The position numbers were made by a program, and so were the translations under genes. 32,000 nucleotides of DNA from assembly GCF_000009965.1 (NCBI RefSeq), contig NC_006624.1, positions 1,830,001-1,862,000 of the forward strand. Reading direction: 5' to 3'. The notes beneath the pieces were generated by a model. The model searched no databases and had not been told where the DNA came from. It saw nothing but the letters and a program-made list of their open reading frames with translations. This DNA comes from Thermococcus kodakarensis KOD1 (GTDB lineage Archaea > Methanobacteriota_B > Thermococci > Thermococcales > Thermococcaceae). How positions within the stretch are numbered: the first letter of the stretch is position 1; each line of letters opens with the position of its first letter. Below are positions 1 through 7,878 of this stretch, one piece after another.

Positions 1-479
1 TCCCTTATCCACAGCGGAATTAGCCCGATTTTCGGAAACACGAGCTCTGCCTTGGCCTCGACGGCGTAGCTAGGGACGCAGCCGGCTATCATCCCGTTGG
101 GCATACGGACTTCAAGGGAGCCTTGTGAAGTTGGGTATGGCGGATCGGGAACAGGGTTGTTGTCCCCCCACGTGACGAAGCAGGTCTCTTCTTTTCCATT
201 GAGCTTCACGGTTGAGATGTATCTAACGCGGTGGATTATGGGGTAGGGGTAACCTGGGCGCTTGTAAACTATCACGTCGTTGACTCTCACCTGCGACGGG
301 TCGGTGACGCCCTTCAGAAGAACTACGTCACCGCGGTAGAAGACGGGCTCCATCGAGCCGCTGACGACTATGACCAGGGGCGAATCGGTATGGAGGACGA
401 ACCTGAGGCCCGAGTGTATGCCGGCGACTATGATGATCGTCAAAACGACCCATGCGACGTCTTTTTTCCACTCTTCCAT
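1..479 (-). CDS. Signal peptidase I, archaeal Sec11/S26B type. The 3' end runs off the window, and the ORF is absent from the supplied ORF track.
   Basis: My own minus-strand translation from the ATG at 479-477 gives MEEWKKDVAWVVLTIIIVAGIHSGLRFVLHTDSPLVIVVSGSMEPVFYRGDVVLLKG...IIHRV...FVTWGDNNPVPD... It has one N-terminal TM helix, the catalytic-Ser box SGSMEP, and the RGD and GDNN boxes typical of type I signal peptidases. GGAGG lies about 9 nt upstream of the ATG. The frame stays open to position 1. Confidence 0.8.
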   Translation of the reverse strand, partial: MEEWKKDVAWVVLTIIIVAGIHSGLRFVLHTDSPLVIVVSGSMEPVFYRGDVVLLKGVTDPSQVRVNDVIVYKRPGYPYPIIHRVRYISTVKLNGKEETCFVTWGDNNPVPDPPYPTSQGSLEVRMPNGMIAGCVPSYAVEAKAELVFPKIGLIPLWIR

Positions 480-1009
480 TTTAACGCCTCCATGTACGTT
501 GCTATTCTAGCGCCTATCGCGCCCATCGCGGTGCACGTTTCGAGGCTCGTTCTCTTTCCAGTCACATCCATGTGGTACCTTGCAATCTTAAAGATTTCCT
601 CCGGCAGGCCGTGCCGTCCAAGCCCTATGAGGAGGAGAAAGCTTCTGCCCGAGAGCGCTTCCCTCGTTAGGTCGAGGGGGGTTATCTCCTTCTCCGGCCA
701 AGGTTTTCTAGTTGTTGCAACTGGAGTCCCAAACTGTGGAGGGAACCCCTTCTTAGGGAATTCGAGAAGGTGGAACTTGTTTGCCTTAGCCAGTTCCTGG
801 AGGTACTTTCCCCCATCTCCGATCGTGGTATGCCTGCTGACTTCTTCTGCTATCTCCATCGGTTTTCCGTCGAGCGGAAAGCCAACGAGGGCCAAGTGGA
901 ACCCGTAGGCATACGCTATGGGCGCGGCCCTGGCTATTGCCCTCAGGTGGGCTTCGTGCAAACGTTTTGTGTCATAAGTGTTGTACAATGCAAGGGTCAG
1001 CGTTGCCAT
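440..1009 (-). CDS. SPOUT-superfamily (SpoU/TrmH-like, DUF531-like) putative RNA methyltransferase
   Basis: 189-aa ORF. The C-terminal half, FLLLIGLGRHGLPEEIFKIARYHMDVTGKRTSLETCTAMGAIGARI, resembles SPOUT knot motifs 2/3 (G-x-G-x-x-G-hP ... SLE/N ... A-x-x-I). The family name DUF531/COG4080 is from memory and unverified. Confidence 0.6.
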   Translation of the reverse strand: MATLTLALYNTYDTKRLHEAHLRAIARAAPIAYAYGFHLALVGFPLDGKPMEIAEEVSRHTTIGDGGKYLQELAKANKFHLLEFPKKGFPPQFGTPVATTRKPWPEKEITPLDLTREALSGRSFLLLIGLGRHGLPEEIFKIARYHMDVTGKRTSLETCTAMGAIGARIATYMEALKWKSGKKTSHGSF

Positions 1010-1032
1010 AGGTTTGAAATTTCAAGGAACCC

Positions 1033-1042
1033 TTATAAATAT
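1033..1042. promoter_or_regulatory. Single near-palindromic TATA box (TTATAAATAT) between divergent genes. The spacing suggests both mRNAs are leaderless or nearly so.
   Basis: The box centre is about 26 nt from the ATG at 1063 (+) and about 28 nt from the ATG at 1009 (-). That matches the usual archaeal TATA-to-TSS distance. No SD sequence fits in either direction. Confidence 0.45.
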
Positions 1043-1062
1043 TGAGTACCAAAAATATATCC

Positions 1063-2136
1063 ATGATGAGCATAGATGATATACTTGCCCTTGCCGAGAG
1101 GGGACAGTTTGATGAGGCCATCCAAAGGGTTCCAGAACTCTACGATCCAGTGGAACAGATTAGGGCACTCACTAAGATTGCGCTCATAATGGCGGAAAAG
1201 GGTCTTGGAGAATGGGTATGGGACGTTATTGAGGATGCGGAGTACATAGCAGAGAACTCAAAAGAGAGCTACGTTAAGAGCCTCGGCTATGCACTGATAG
1301 GTGCTGCCCTTTTCAAGCTTGGGGATCAAGACGGCGCAGAGGAGTATCTGGATATGGCCTTGGAAGAGGCGAGTGGTATAGAAGACCCGCTCGAAAAGGG
1401 GGAGGTCGTGGCGGAGATAGCCCGCAGTGTAGCAATGACTGGAGACCTCGATGGGGCAATGGAGCTTTTTGACGAGGCATTCGACTTAATAGCAAGGGCA
1501 GAGATTGACTACAGGACGAAGGTTGATGAACTGATAAAGATTGGGGAGATTATTGAAAAAACGGGGGACGACCTTCCTTCGAGAACAGCGAGGGAGTTTT
1601 ACAGGATAGCTTTTGACATATTCGACAAGCTCCGCGTGAATCAGAGGGCGGCGATAGTTGAGAAAAAACTCCTGCTTACAAAGACAGTCGAAAACGTTGG
1701 ACTGCCCGAGATACGAAAGGCCCTTCTGGAAGGCAGGTATCACTATGCTTTGGCCCTCATAAGGCGTAAGTTTAAGGGCGTGAAAGTGCTTATGGGCCAG
1801 CTTGAGGTTGCACTGTGGATGAAAATGGTGAACGACCCCGAATATATAGACTTGACAAACCAGACCTTGAGCGAGCTTCAGAACACAGAAGTTCTCCCCT
1901 CAAATGCCTATTCAATTGCACTCATTCTGACAGAACTGGAGTACTTGCGGGAGGCCCTTTACTTTGTCAGGCTCATAGATGATCAAGTAAAGAGGGATGA
2001 AGCGCTCCGTAAGATAGCCCTGGCCTTCTCAGAGCAGGGAGAATTCGAAGCAGCCCGGAAAGTAGCGGGTGCAATCTCCGATCCAATACTAAGGACACAA
2101 ACCTTAAGGGACATCGAGGCTATTGAGATAGGGTGA
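1063..2136 (+). CDS. Alpha-helical repeat (TPR/HEAT-like) protein of unknown function
   Basis: The ORF track gives 1042-2136 with a TTG start. I prefer the ATG-ATG at 1063 because of the TATA spacing. Repeated helix-pair pattern: LGYALIGAALFKLGDQDGAEEYLDMALEEA, VVAEIARSVAMTGDLDGAMELFDEAFDLIA, LRKIALAFSEQGEFEAARKVAGAI. Confidence 0.6.
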   Translation: MMSIDDILALAERGQFDEAIQRVPELYDPVEQIRALTKIALIMAEKGLGEWVWDVIEDAEYIAENSKESYVKSLGYALIGAALFKLGDQDGAEEYLDMALEEASGIEDPLEKGEVVAEIARSVAMTGDLDGAMELFDEAFDLIARAEIDYRTKVDELIKIGEIIEKTGDDLPSRTAREFYRIAFDIFDKLRVNQRAAIVEKKLLLTKTVENVGLPEIRKALLEGRYHYALALIRRKFKGVKVLMGQLEVALWMKMVNDPEYIDLTNQTLSELQNTEVLPSNAYSIALILTELEYLREALYFVRLIDDQVKRDEALRKIALAFSEQGEFEAARKVAGAISDPILRTQTLRDIEAIEIG

Positions 2137-2140
2137 GCAG

Positions 2141-3073
2141 ATGATATTCGACGCGCATTCCGACCTGCCGACGTTCGTTTACGATGAGAAAAAGAGCGGG
2201 GCAACAAGGGTTCTTGAGAGGAACTACTATCGCTTCTTTGGGGATAAGATAACCTCCAGAGTTATGGCCATCTGGACGCGGCCCGAACGGAGAAAGGACG
2301 CAACAGCCTACGGGCTTGAGGTGTTGAACACCCTCCTCAAGGACATCGACGAAAGCGATAGCTTTGAGCTTGTAAGGAACGTTGAGGAAATGCAGAAGAC
2401 GATCAGAGAAGGCAGGGTCGCCCTGTGGCTCGGCCTCGAAGGTGGAGAACCCATCGGCGAGAGCATTGAGCTCCTCGAGGTCTTCTACCGTCTCGGCCTC
2501 CGAGTTCTGACTCTAACTTGGAGCCTCAGGAACGCCATCGGTGACGGCGTCTTTGAGAGAACCAACGGCGGCCTGACCAGGTTCGGCGTTGAAGTGGTCG
2601 GAAAGGCTGAAGAGCTGGGAATAGTCGTTGACCTCAGCCACATAAACGAAGCTGGATTCTGGGACACGCTCGACGTCACATCTTTCCCCGTGATTGCGTC
2701 CCACTCAAACGCCAGGGCGCTCTGCGACAGCCCCAGAAACCTGACCGACGAGCAGCTGAAGGCGATAGCGGAGAGGGACGGCGTTGTTGGGGCCGTTGCA
2801 ATACCCTCCTTCGTGGACAGGGAGAAGCCGACGATTGAGAAGTACGTTGAGCACATAGAATATATGGCCGACCTCATAGGCTATGAGCACGTGGGCCTCG
2901 GATTCGACTTCGTGTACTACCTTAGGGAATGGGGTGGAAAGAGCGTTGAAGGCTTTGAGAACGAGTCAAAGATTCCGGAGCTGTTAAATCTCCTCCACGA
3001 GAGGTTCAGTAAGAAGGAAGTTGAGGGGATAACATTCAAAAACTTCGAACGGGTGTTCGAGAGAATCACCTAA
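2141..3073 (+). CDS. Membrane-type (renal) dipeptidase family, peptidase M19
   Basis: N-terminal DAHSD metal-binding box, LEGGEP, DLSH, and ASHSNARALCDSPRNLTDEQLKAIAERDGVVG, the hallmark M19 block. It starts 4 nt after the upstream gene and is probably co-transcribed with it. Confidence 0.85.
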   Translation: MIFDAHSDLPTFVYDEKKSGATRVLERNYYRFFGDKITSRVMAIWTRPERRKDATAYGLEVLNTLLKDIDESDSFELVRNVEEMQKTIREGRVALWLGLEGGEPIGESIELLEVFYRLGLRVLTLTWSLRNAIGDGVFERTNGGLTRFGVEVVGKAEELGIVVDLSHINEAGFWDTLDVTSFPVIASHSNARALCDSPRNLTDEQLKAIAERDGVVGAVAIPSFVDREKPTIEKYVEHIEYMADLIGYEHVGLGFDFVYYLREWGGKSVEGFENESKIPELLNLLHERFSKKEVEGITFKNFERVFERIT

Positions 3074-3522
3074 CGCCTCCCGAGAAACCTTGGCAGGCTG
3101 AGGGTTCTAACCTGATCCATAATCTGGGAGCGCAGGAGCATCCTCGGCTCTCCTGTCAGCCTAACTCTGAGCATCTTGGGTATTCTGGTTTGAGGGGGTA
3201 AAACTCTGATTTCCTGTATTTTCTTTACTTCATGCTCAACCTCTTCCGGGGAAAGTGGCCTATACAGTCCTTGGGCGATTGCCAGCTCCCTGTCGTGTGC
3301 GCCATCTTTCTTACCCCTGCGGTAGGCATCAATGGCCTTCCTTAAGACGCCGCTCTCCTCAGCGCTCTCCAAGACGGAATCTCTAAGCTCACGCCATACG
3401 CCGACCCAGTCGGTATGGCCGTAGTACGCTATAAAGTAGCCCAGAAGGTAGGCCTTCTTTACAGGATCTCCCTCCGCAAGAATCTTTTTGAGGTCGAGCG
3501 GCCCTTTCGGCAGTTCCTTCAT
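3070..3522 (-). CDS. Hypothetical 150-aa protein translationally coupled to the KaiC-like ATPase
   Basis: 4-nt overlap with the upstream ATPase gene (3519-3522). The protein looks helical with a basic C-terminal tail (RIPKMLRVRLTGEPRMLLRS...LPRFLGRR). I recognise no motif. Confidence 0.6.
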   Translation of the reverse strand: MKELPKGPLDLKKILAEGDPVKKAYLLGYFIAYYGHTDWVGVWRELRDSVLESAEESGVLRKAIDAYRRGKKDGAHDRELAIAQGLYRPLSPEEVEHEVKKIQEIRVLPPQTRIPKMLRVRLTGEPRMLLRSQIMDQVRTLSLPRFLGRR

Positions 3523-4220
3523 AAAACTGGCCCCCTAACAACGAGGCCCTTTGGTCCGAACTCCAGGCGGTACATCTTGGTCTCGTGCCTTGTTCTCCTC
3601 ATCTTGAGAACCTGGATTGCCCTTGCCATATCGTTGCCTTCCAGGTAGTAGTGGAGCATTATGACGCCGTCAACGAGATAGTGCTCCTCGCTGTACCTGT
3701 CCAGGTCGGTCAGCTCTGCTATCAGAAGGCTGGTTATCCCGAGGGCACTCATTGTCCTGAGGAACGTGGCAAGCTCTGCCCTCTTCTCAGCGGGGTCAGA
3801 AGTCGGGAAGTCTATGGCCGTGAGCGGGTCTATTACAAGGCGAGTTATGTTGCTTTCCCGGACAAGATCTTTTATCCTGAACATGACACTGCTCCACTGG
3901 GGCGGCTTTGCGGTCGAACCCCAGAGCTCCTTCCCCAGGTCGTACAGTATCAGGTTTCCCTTCTGGACGTAGTTCCAGACTGCCGGATCAAAACGCTCGT
4001 AGTCCTTTATTACCTCTTCAGGATCCTGGACGAGGGATATGTAAGCTACCTTCTCGCCCCTTTTGGCACCATCAACCAGAAACTGGACACCGAATGTCGT
4101 TTTCCCGCTTCCAGGAGGGCCAGTGATGAGGTATGACTTTGACTTAACAAAACCCCCCTCTATTAGGGGGTCAAACCCTTCGATACCAGTTGGAACCCTT
4201 TCAACCCTTCCAGTAATCAT
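3519..4220 (-). CDS. Single-domain KaiC-like / RadA-paralog RecA-superfamily ATPase
   Basis: TGIEGFDPLIEGGF followed by Walker A GPPGSGKTTFGVQF. Walker B-like ITRLVIDPLTAI. Length 233 aa, typical of archaeal stand-alone KaiC-like ATPases. Confidence 0.85.
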   Translation of the reverse strand: MITGRVERVPTGIEGFDPLIEGGFVKSKSYLITGPPGSGKTTFGVQFLVDGAKRGEKVAYISLVQDPEEVIKDYERFDPAVWNYVQKGNLILYDLGKELWGSTAKPPQWSSVMFRIKDLVRESNITRLVIDPLTAIDFPTSDPAEKRAELATFLRTMSALGITSLLIAELTDLDRYSEEHYLVDGVIMLHYYLEGNDMARAIQVLKMRRTRHETKMYRLEFGPKGLVVRGPVL

Positions 4221-4355
4221 GTTGCAGCACCTATGCTCATTGTAGGTTCAAAATCCTATAAAGTTTTTCGTGAAAGTTTTGGTAAAATATTCAACTTCTT
4301 GAAGGGTTGAAAGGGTTATAAAGGTGAACGCCAGAATAGATTATGGTGAGCATCA

Positions 4356-4967
4356 ATGCTCAGGGAAATCCTTGAGACCATCGAAGCGCGCGGCGGGGGG
4401 CTTGTTTTAGTGGAGTATTCTTCCCTCGATCACCCGGAGCTTGTGTTCGCTGAGATCATTACCGGCTGGAGAGAGAAAGGTATAATACCTCTGATTGTGG
4501 ACATTGGCGACACTCTCCATATTTTCACGTCCAAATTGCGGATGATGGGGGTAAACATCGAGGTTGAAGATTTCCCAGTTGTTAAAGAAATTGGGAACAC
4601 GAGGGTTGGTAACATCGTAGGTGAAGTCCATGAGATAGAGGATTTTGATTACCATATGGCAAAATACGCTCAAATAGCCAAAAAGGTGCCGGAAGAGAGC
4701 AAAAAGCATACGATAGTCCTCGGAATGGAGAAGTTCTCTTTTACCTTCATGGACAATCCCCCGAAGCTTGAGAGGTACTTTGAGAAGATAAACAGAAGGT
4801 ACCTGAAATATCCTGATGTGAAGGACGTTATCTTCCTGAACACTTCAGTGGCTAGCGAATACCTCACCAAGAGCCTCGAACAGGACTATGACTACGTTCT
4901 CCGACTGAGGGGAACAGATCTCAGCCTCGTAAAAACACCCGGGGGTGAAAGCGTTGAAGTTCGGTGA
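4356..4967 (+). CDS. Walker-A-less KaiC/RecA-like protein (DUF257-like), paralog 1
   Basis: GGGLVLVEYSSLDHPELVFAEIITGWREKGIIPLIVDIGD aligns by eye with the KaiC-like pattern (G-x-hhhh-G-x-PGSGKT-x-F-x-x-Q-F ... G-x-x-hhYh). The P-loop is replaced by YSSLDHPE. The DUF257 name is from memory. Confidence 0.6.
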   Translation: MLREILETIEARGGGLVLVEYSSLDHPELVFAEIITGWREKGIIPLIVDIGDTLHIFTSKLRMMGVNIEVEDFPVVKEIGNTRVGNIVGEVHEIEDFDYHMAKYAQIAKKVPEESKKHTIVLGMEKFSFTFMDNPPKLERYFEKINRRYLKYPDVKDVIFLNTSVASEYLTKSLEQDYDYVLRLRGTDLSLVKTPGGESVEVR

Positions 4968-5565
4968 GTACTTAGAAACTTTAAGGCCGGGAGAAAGTGT
5001 TCTCGTCGAGCACACATCTATTTCGCCCTACCCAGTGCTCTTCTACGAGATAGGAAAAAATAGCGGGTGGGACAACATCCTGGTGATTGACATAATAGAC
5101 TCTGCACTCCCCGTTTTGAGGTGGCTTAAGTTTGCGGGTTTAGATGTGCCCGAGAAGAGCATAGCCAGGATAAAAGCGGGCGGCACTTCAGAGTGGGGGA
5201 GGATTGTAATTGACGTGGATCCGCATAAGGATCCGGGGATTTTCATGAGCAAGTTCCTTTCGAACCTCCTCAGTTATTACCGCGCAAACAAAAACGTGAC
5301 GACGATTATAATGAACCCCGAGAGGATTATTCCCCTCCAGGACAACAGACCTTCGTTCGTTCTCTACCTTGCGAACGCGGCCGCTGGGTTCCTTGGCAAT
5401 CCGCACAGGAAAACTTTCTACTTCGTGAATTATGAACTTGCGCATAAGGGGTACCTTGCACTTCTTGAAGAAGCCTTCACGCGCGTCCTGAGGATAGAGG
5501 ACAGCTCAGTTAGGATACTGAAGTCGCTAAACCTTGACGAGGAGGGGACAACCCTCCAGCTTTGA
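4945..5565 (+). CDS. Walker-A-less KaiC/RecA-like protein (DUF257-like), paralog 2
   Basis: GTG start overlapping the upstream gene by 23 nt. PGESVLVEHTSISPYPVLFYEIGKNSGWDNILVIDIID has the same layout as paralog 1, with HTSISPYP in place of a P-loop. Confidence 0.55.
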   Translation: MKALKFGEYLETLRPGESVLVEHTSISPYPVLFYEIGKNSGWDNILVIDIIDSALPVLRWLKFAGLDVPEKSIARIKAGGTSEWGRIVIDVDPHKDPGIFMSKFLSNLLSYYRANKNVTTIIMNPERIIPLQDNRPSFVLYLANAAAGFLGNPHRKTFYFVNYELAHKGYLALLEEAFTRVLRIEDSSVRILKSLNLDEEGTTLQL

Positions 5566-5602
5566 GGCGAAGCCTTTTTAACACCCTTTCAAATTTCGGA
5601 AC

Positions 5603-6475
5603 ATGGAAGAGATTTATTACATCACGTTCAGAGAGGCCAGAATGCTCCTCGCTTCAAGGGGAAATGTCAAGCTCAACCTCGACCTAAGGAAAACTAACAG
5701 GGTCCAAGAAGTCGAGATAAAAGATGAAGGAGCGGTTTTTCCGGACGGTACCCTCGTTGAGAGGGAAGTTCTTGAGAAGATAGCCAGAGACGATGGGACG
5801 GTCTACTTCGTTTCTAACGGTGGGGTGTATAAAGCGGCCATAGCGGGTGAATCAGGCTTTTACAAGCTCGTCCCAACGATTCCACCGACGATAGAGATAA
5901 ACGGTATTCGAATGCACCGAACAAAGGAGATGAACCCCCTCCAGGACACGAGGAACAAGGTGAACACTGTGATGCCGAGGGAGGGTGAAACAGTCCTCGA
6001 CACCTGCATGGGGCTGGGTTACACCGCTATCGAGGCATCAAAGAGGGGAGCCTACGTCATAACCATAGAGAAAGACCCCAACGTCATTGAAATAGCGAGG
6101 ATAAACCCCTGGAGCAGGGAGCTGTTCACGGGAGGGAAAATCCAGGTCATCCAGGGGGACGCCTTTGAGGTAGTTAAGAAGTTCAAGCAAGCAAGCTTTG
6201 ACGTGATCATCCACGACCCCCCGCGCTTCTCATTGGCGGGCCATCTCTACTCAGAGGAGTTCTACAGGGAGCTTTTCAGGATTCTTAAGCCTGGTGGAAG
6301 GCTCTTCCACTACGTAGGCAACCCGGGGAAGAAGTACAGGAGAAAAGACCTCCAAAAGGGAGTCATGGAAAGGCTGAGGAGAGTCGGTTTTGTCGGCGTT
6401 AGAAGGGTCGAGGAAGCGCTTGGGGTTGTGGCAAGAAAGCCTGAAAAGGGAGTAAAAGCGAGCCAGCGGGATTAA
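5603..6475 (+). CDS. Class I SAM-dependent methyltransferase with a DPPR(F) catalytic motif and a roughly 120-aa N-terminal extra domain
   Basis: Motif I VLDTCMGLGYTAIEA, post-I VITIEKD, motif IV IIHDPPRFS (amino-group methyltransferase type), then LKPGGRLFHY. The substrate cannot be called from sequence. Confidence 0.75.
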   Translation: MEEIYYITFREARMLLASRGNVKLNLDLRKTNRVQEVEIKDEGAVFPDGTLVEREVLEKIARDDGTVYFVSNGGVYKAAIAGESGFYKLVPTIPPTIEINGIRMHRTKEMNPLQDTRNKVNTVMPREGETVLDTCMGLGYTAIEASKRGAYVITIEKDPNVIEIARINPWSRELFTGGKIQVIQGDAFEVVKKFKQASFDVIIHDPPRFSLAGHLYSEEFYRELFRILKPGGRLFHYVGNPGKKYRRKDLQKGVMERLRRVGFVGVRRVEEALGVVARKPEKGVKASQRD

Positions 6476-7872
6476 ATCCCGCCGACCTCTTCCAGCTCTT
6501 CGAAGGCTTCCAGGTTGGTGTAGTAGTCCATTAGTTTAGCCAGCTCTTTTCTCAGCCTGATGCTCCTGACTATGGCTATTCCAAAGCCTATGATCGAGGG
6601 CCATATGAGGTAGAGGAGCAGCCTTGCGTCGCTTATCGGTATCGGCCTCGGGTCTGTGAAGCGGTTGAAGTTCCATATCATAAGGGCTATCATGAGCCAG
6701 GCCGTCGAGAAGTTGGTAAGTCCACTGCCGCTCTCTCCAAGCTTAAATCCTGGAATGACGTCCTTGGTTATCGGCGGGAAGAGGTTGCTGCCCATGAAGC
6801 CCAGCTGGTCCTCGAAGACGTGGAGCCACTGGCCTATCATCGAGGCGAGGGCAAGGTCAGTCGCGTGGCTGTAGCCGAAGAGCTTCGCCAAGAGGAAGAC
6901 CACAGCACCGATTATCACTCCCATCGTCATCGAGTGGCTGAAGCCGTGGTGCCAGGGCAGGAACCTGTCCTTGACCACCGTCTTGCCCTGGTGTTTTGTG
7001 AGTCTGAAGGCTATCTCTGGCCCTGAGAACGAGTCTATTCTCGTCGGCTTCGGGTAGGTCTTGATGAACGGCACGTTCACCCTCGCTATTCCGTACTTCC
7101 TGTACTCCGGCGGCTCGCCCCCAATGGCGACCCCACCGGGGGTGACTATCGGCCCCATCTCGACCCTTACCTCCCTCTTCGGCGGGTCGAGGTGTATCCA
7201 GAACTGCCTGTAAACGTCTCCCGGAAGGCGGATGTTGTGTATCTTGACTATCTTCTCGCCCTCTTCGTAGGCCTTTTCTATTGCCTCGGCTATGATGTCG
7301 GCGATTCCCTGCGGGTGCGGGGCATCGCTGACGACGAACCTCAGCGAGCCGTCTGGATCAACGTCCACGTAACCGAACACGAGCATTTCTTTGCCCTCTT
7401 CGATCTGACCGAACTCCTCCTCGAAGATCTTGTAGTCGTCTCCAAAGGCCTCAACGGTTATCTTTCCAGTCCCGTCATTGAGGATGAAGACTATCGTGTT
7501 GTACTCTTCCGTTACCGTCTTCACGTTGCCCTTCTCATCAAAGACCTCGTAGGACATCGTCCCTGAGCCTTTTGTGAGTATCTCCTCGACCCTACCCTCG
7601 ATGGCGAAGAACTGGTAGCGGTTCTTCTCGCTCAGATCCTTTATTTTAACGAGCTTGGGCGCGTAGTGCTTCTTCTCGTCCCATGGAGCCGGGTCTATCT
7701 CGTAGTCCCTCCTCGCGAAGAACTTGCCGAACTTGAAGTCCACGAAGTCAGGGAAATAAGCCGAAGCCGCCGCTATGACCGCTGCCAGAGTGCCCATCCT
7801 TATGTCGGCAACTAGGGCGGGGAAGAAGGTCGCCGCGGCGAGGCCCGATATGTAGTGAGTGAAACCCCTCAT
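6472..7872 (-). CDS. YdjM/DUF457-type membrane-embedded metal-dependent hydrolase interrupted by a roughly 255-aa insertion containing an OB-fold-like module
   Basis: The family motifs appear in order: N-terminal THYISG, FPDFVDF (PDxD box), WHHGFSHSMTMG (compare HRGFTHS in E. coli YdjM, from memory), and QWLHVFEDQLGFMGSNLFPP (compare SHxxxD...P...P). The insertion spans residues about 51-306. It includes FFAIEGRVEEIL...IVFILNDGTGKITVEAFGDD...MLVFGYVDVDPDGSLRFVV, an RPA/anticodon-type OB signature. Confidence 0.7.
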   Translation of the reverse strand: MRGFTHYISGLAAATFFPALVADIRMGTLAAVIAAASAYFPDFVDFKFGKFFARRDYEIDPAPWDEKKHYAPKLVKIKDLSEKNRYQFFAIEGRVEEILTKGSGTMSYEVFDEKGNVKTVTEEYNTIVFILNDGTGKITVEAFGDDYKIFEEEFGQIEEGKEMLVFGYVDVDPDGSLRFVVSDAPHPQGIADIIAEAIEKAYEEGEKIVKIHNIRLPGDVYRQFWIHLDPPKREVRVEMGPIVTPGGVAIGGEPPEYRKYGIARVNVPFIKTYPKPTRIDSFSGPEIAFRLTKHQGKTVVKDRFLPWHHGFSHSMTMGVIIGAVVFLLAKLFGYSHATDLALASMIGQWLHVFEDQLGFMGSNLFPPITKDVIPGFKLGESGSGLTNFSTAWLMIALMIWNFNRFTDPRPIPISDARLLLYLIWPSIIGFGIAIVRSIRLRKELAKLMDYYTNLEAFEELEEVGGI

Positions 7873-7878
7873 CTCACA

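Noticed and set aside
231-908. 225-aa plus-strand ORF
   Set aside because: It is antisense to two well-supported minus-strand genes (signal peptidase and SPOUT-like). The sequence is P/S/R-rich and low-complexity with no motif. This is a typical shadow ORF in GC3-rich coding DNA.
3585-4136. 183-aa plus-strand ORF, plus smaller ones at 3766-4245
   Set aside because: They are antisense to the KaiC-like ATPase, which has clear Walker motifs. The composition is Pro/Arg/Cys-rich and no domain signature is present.
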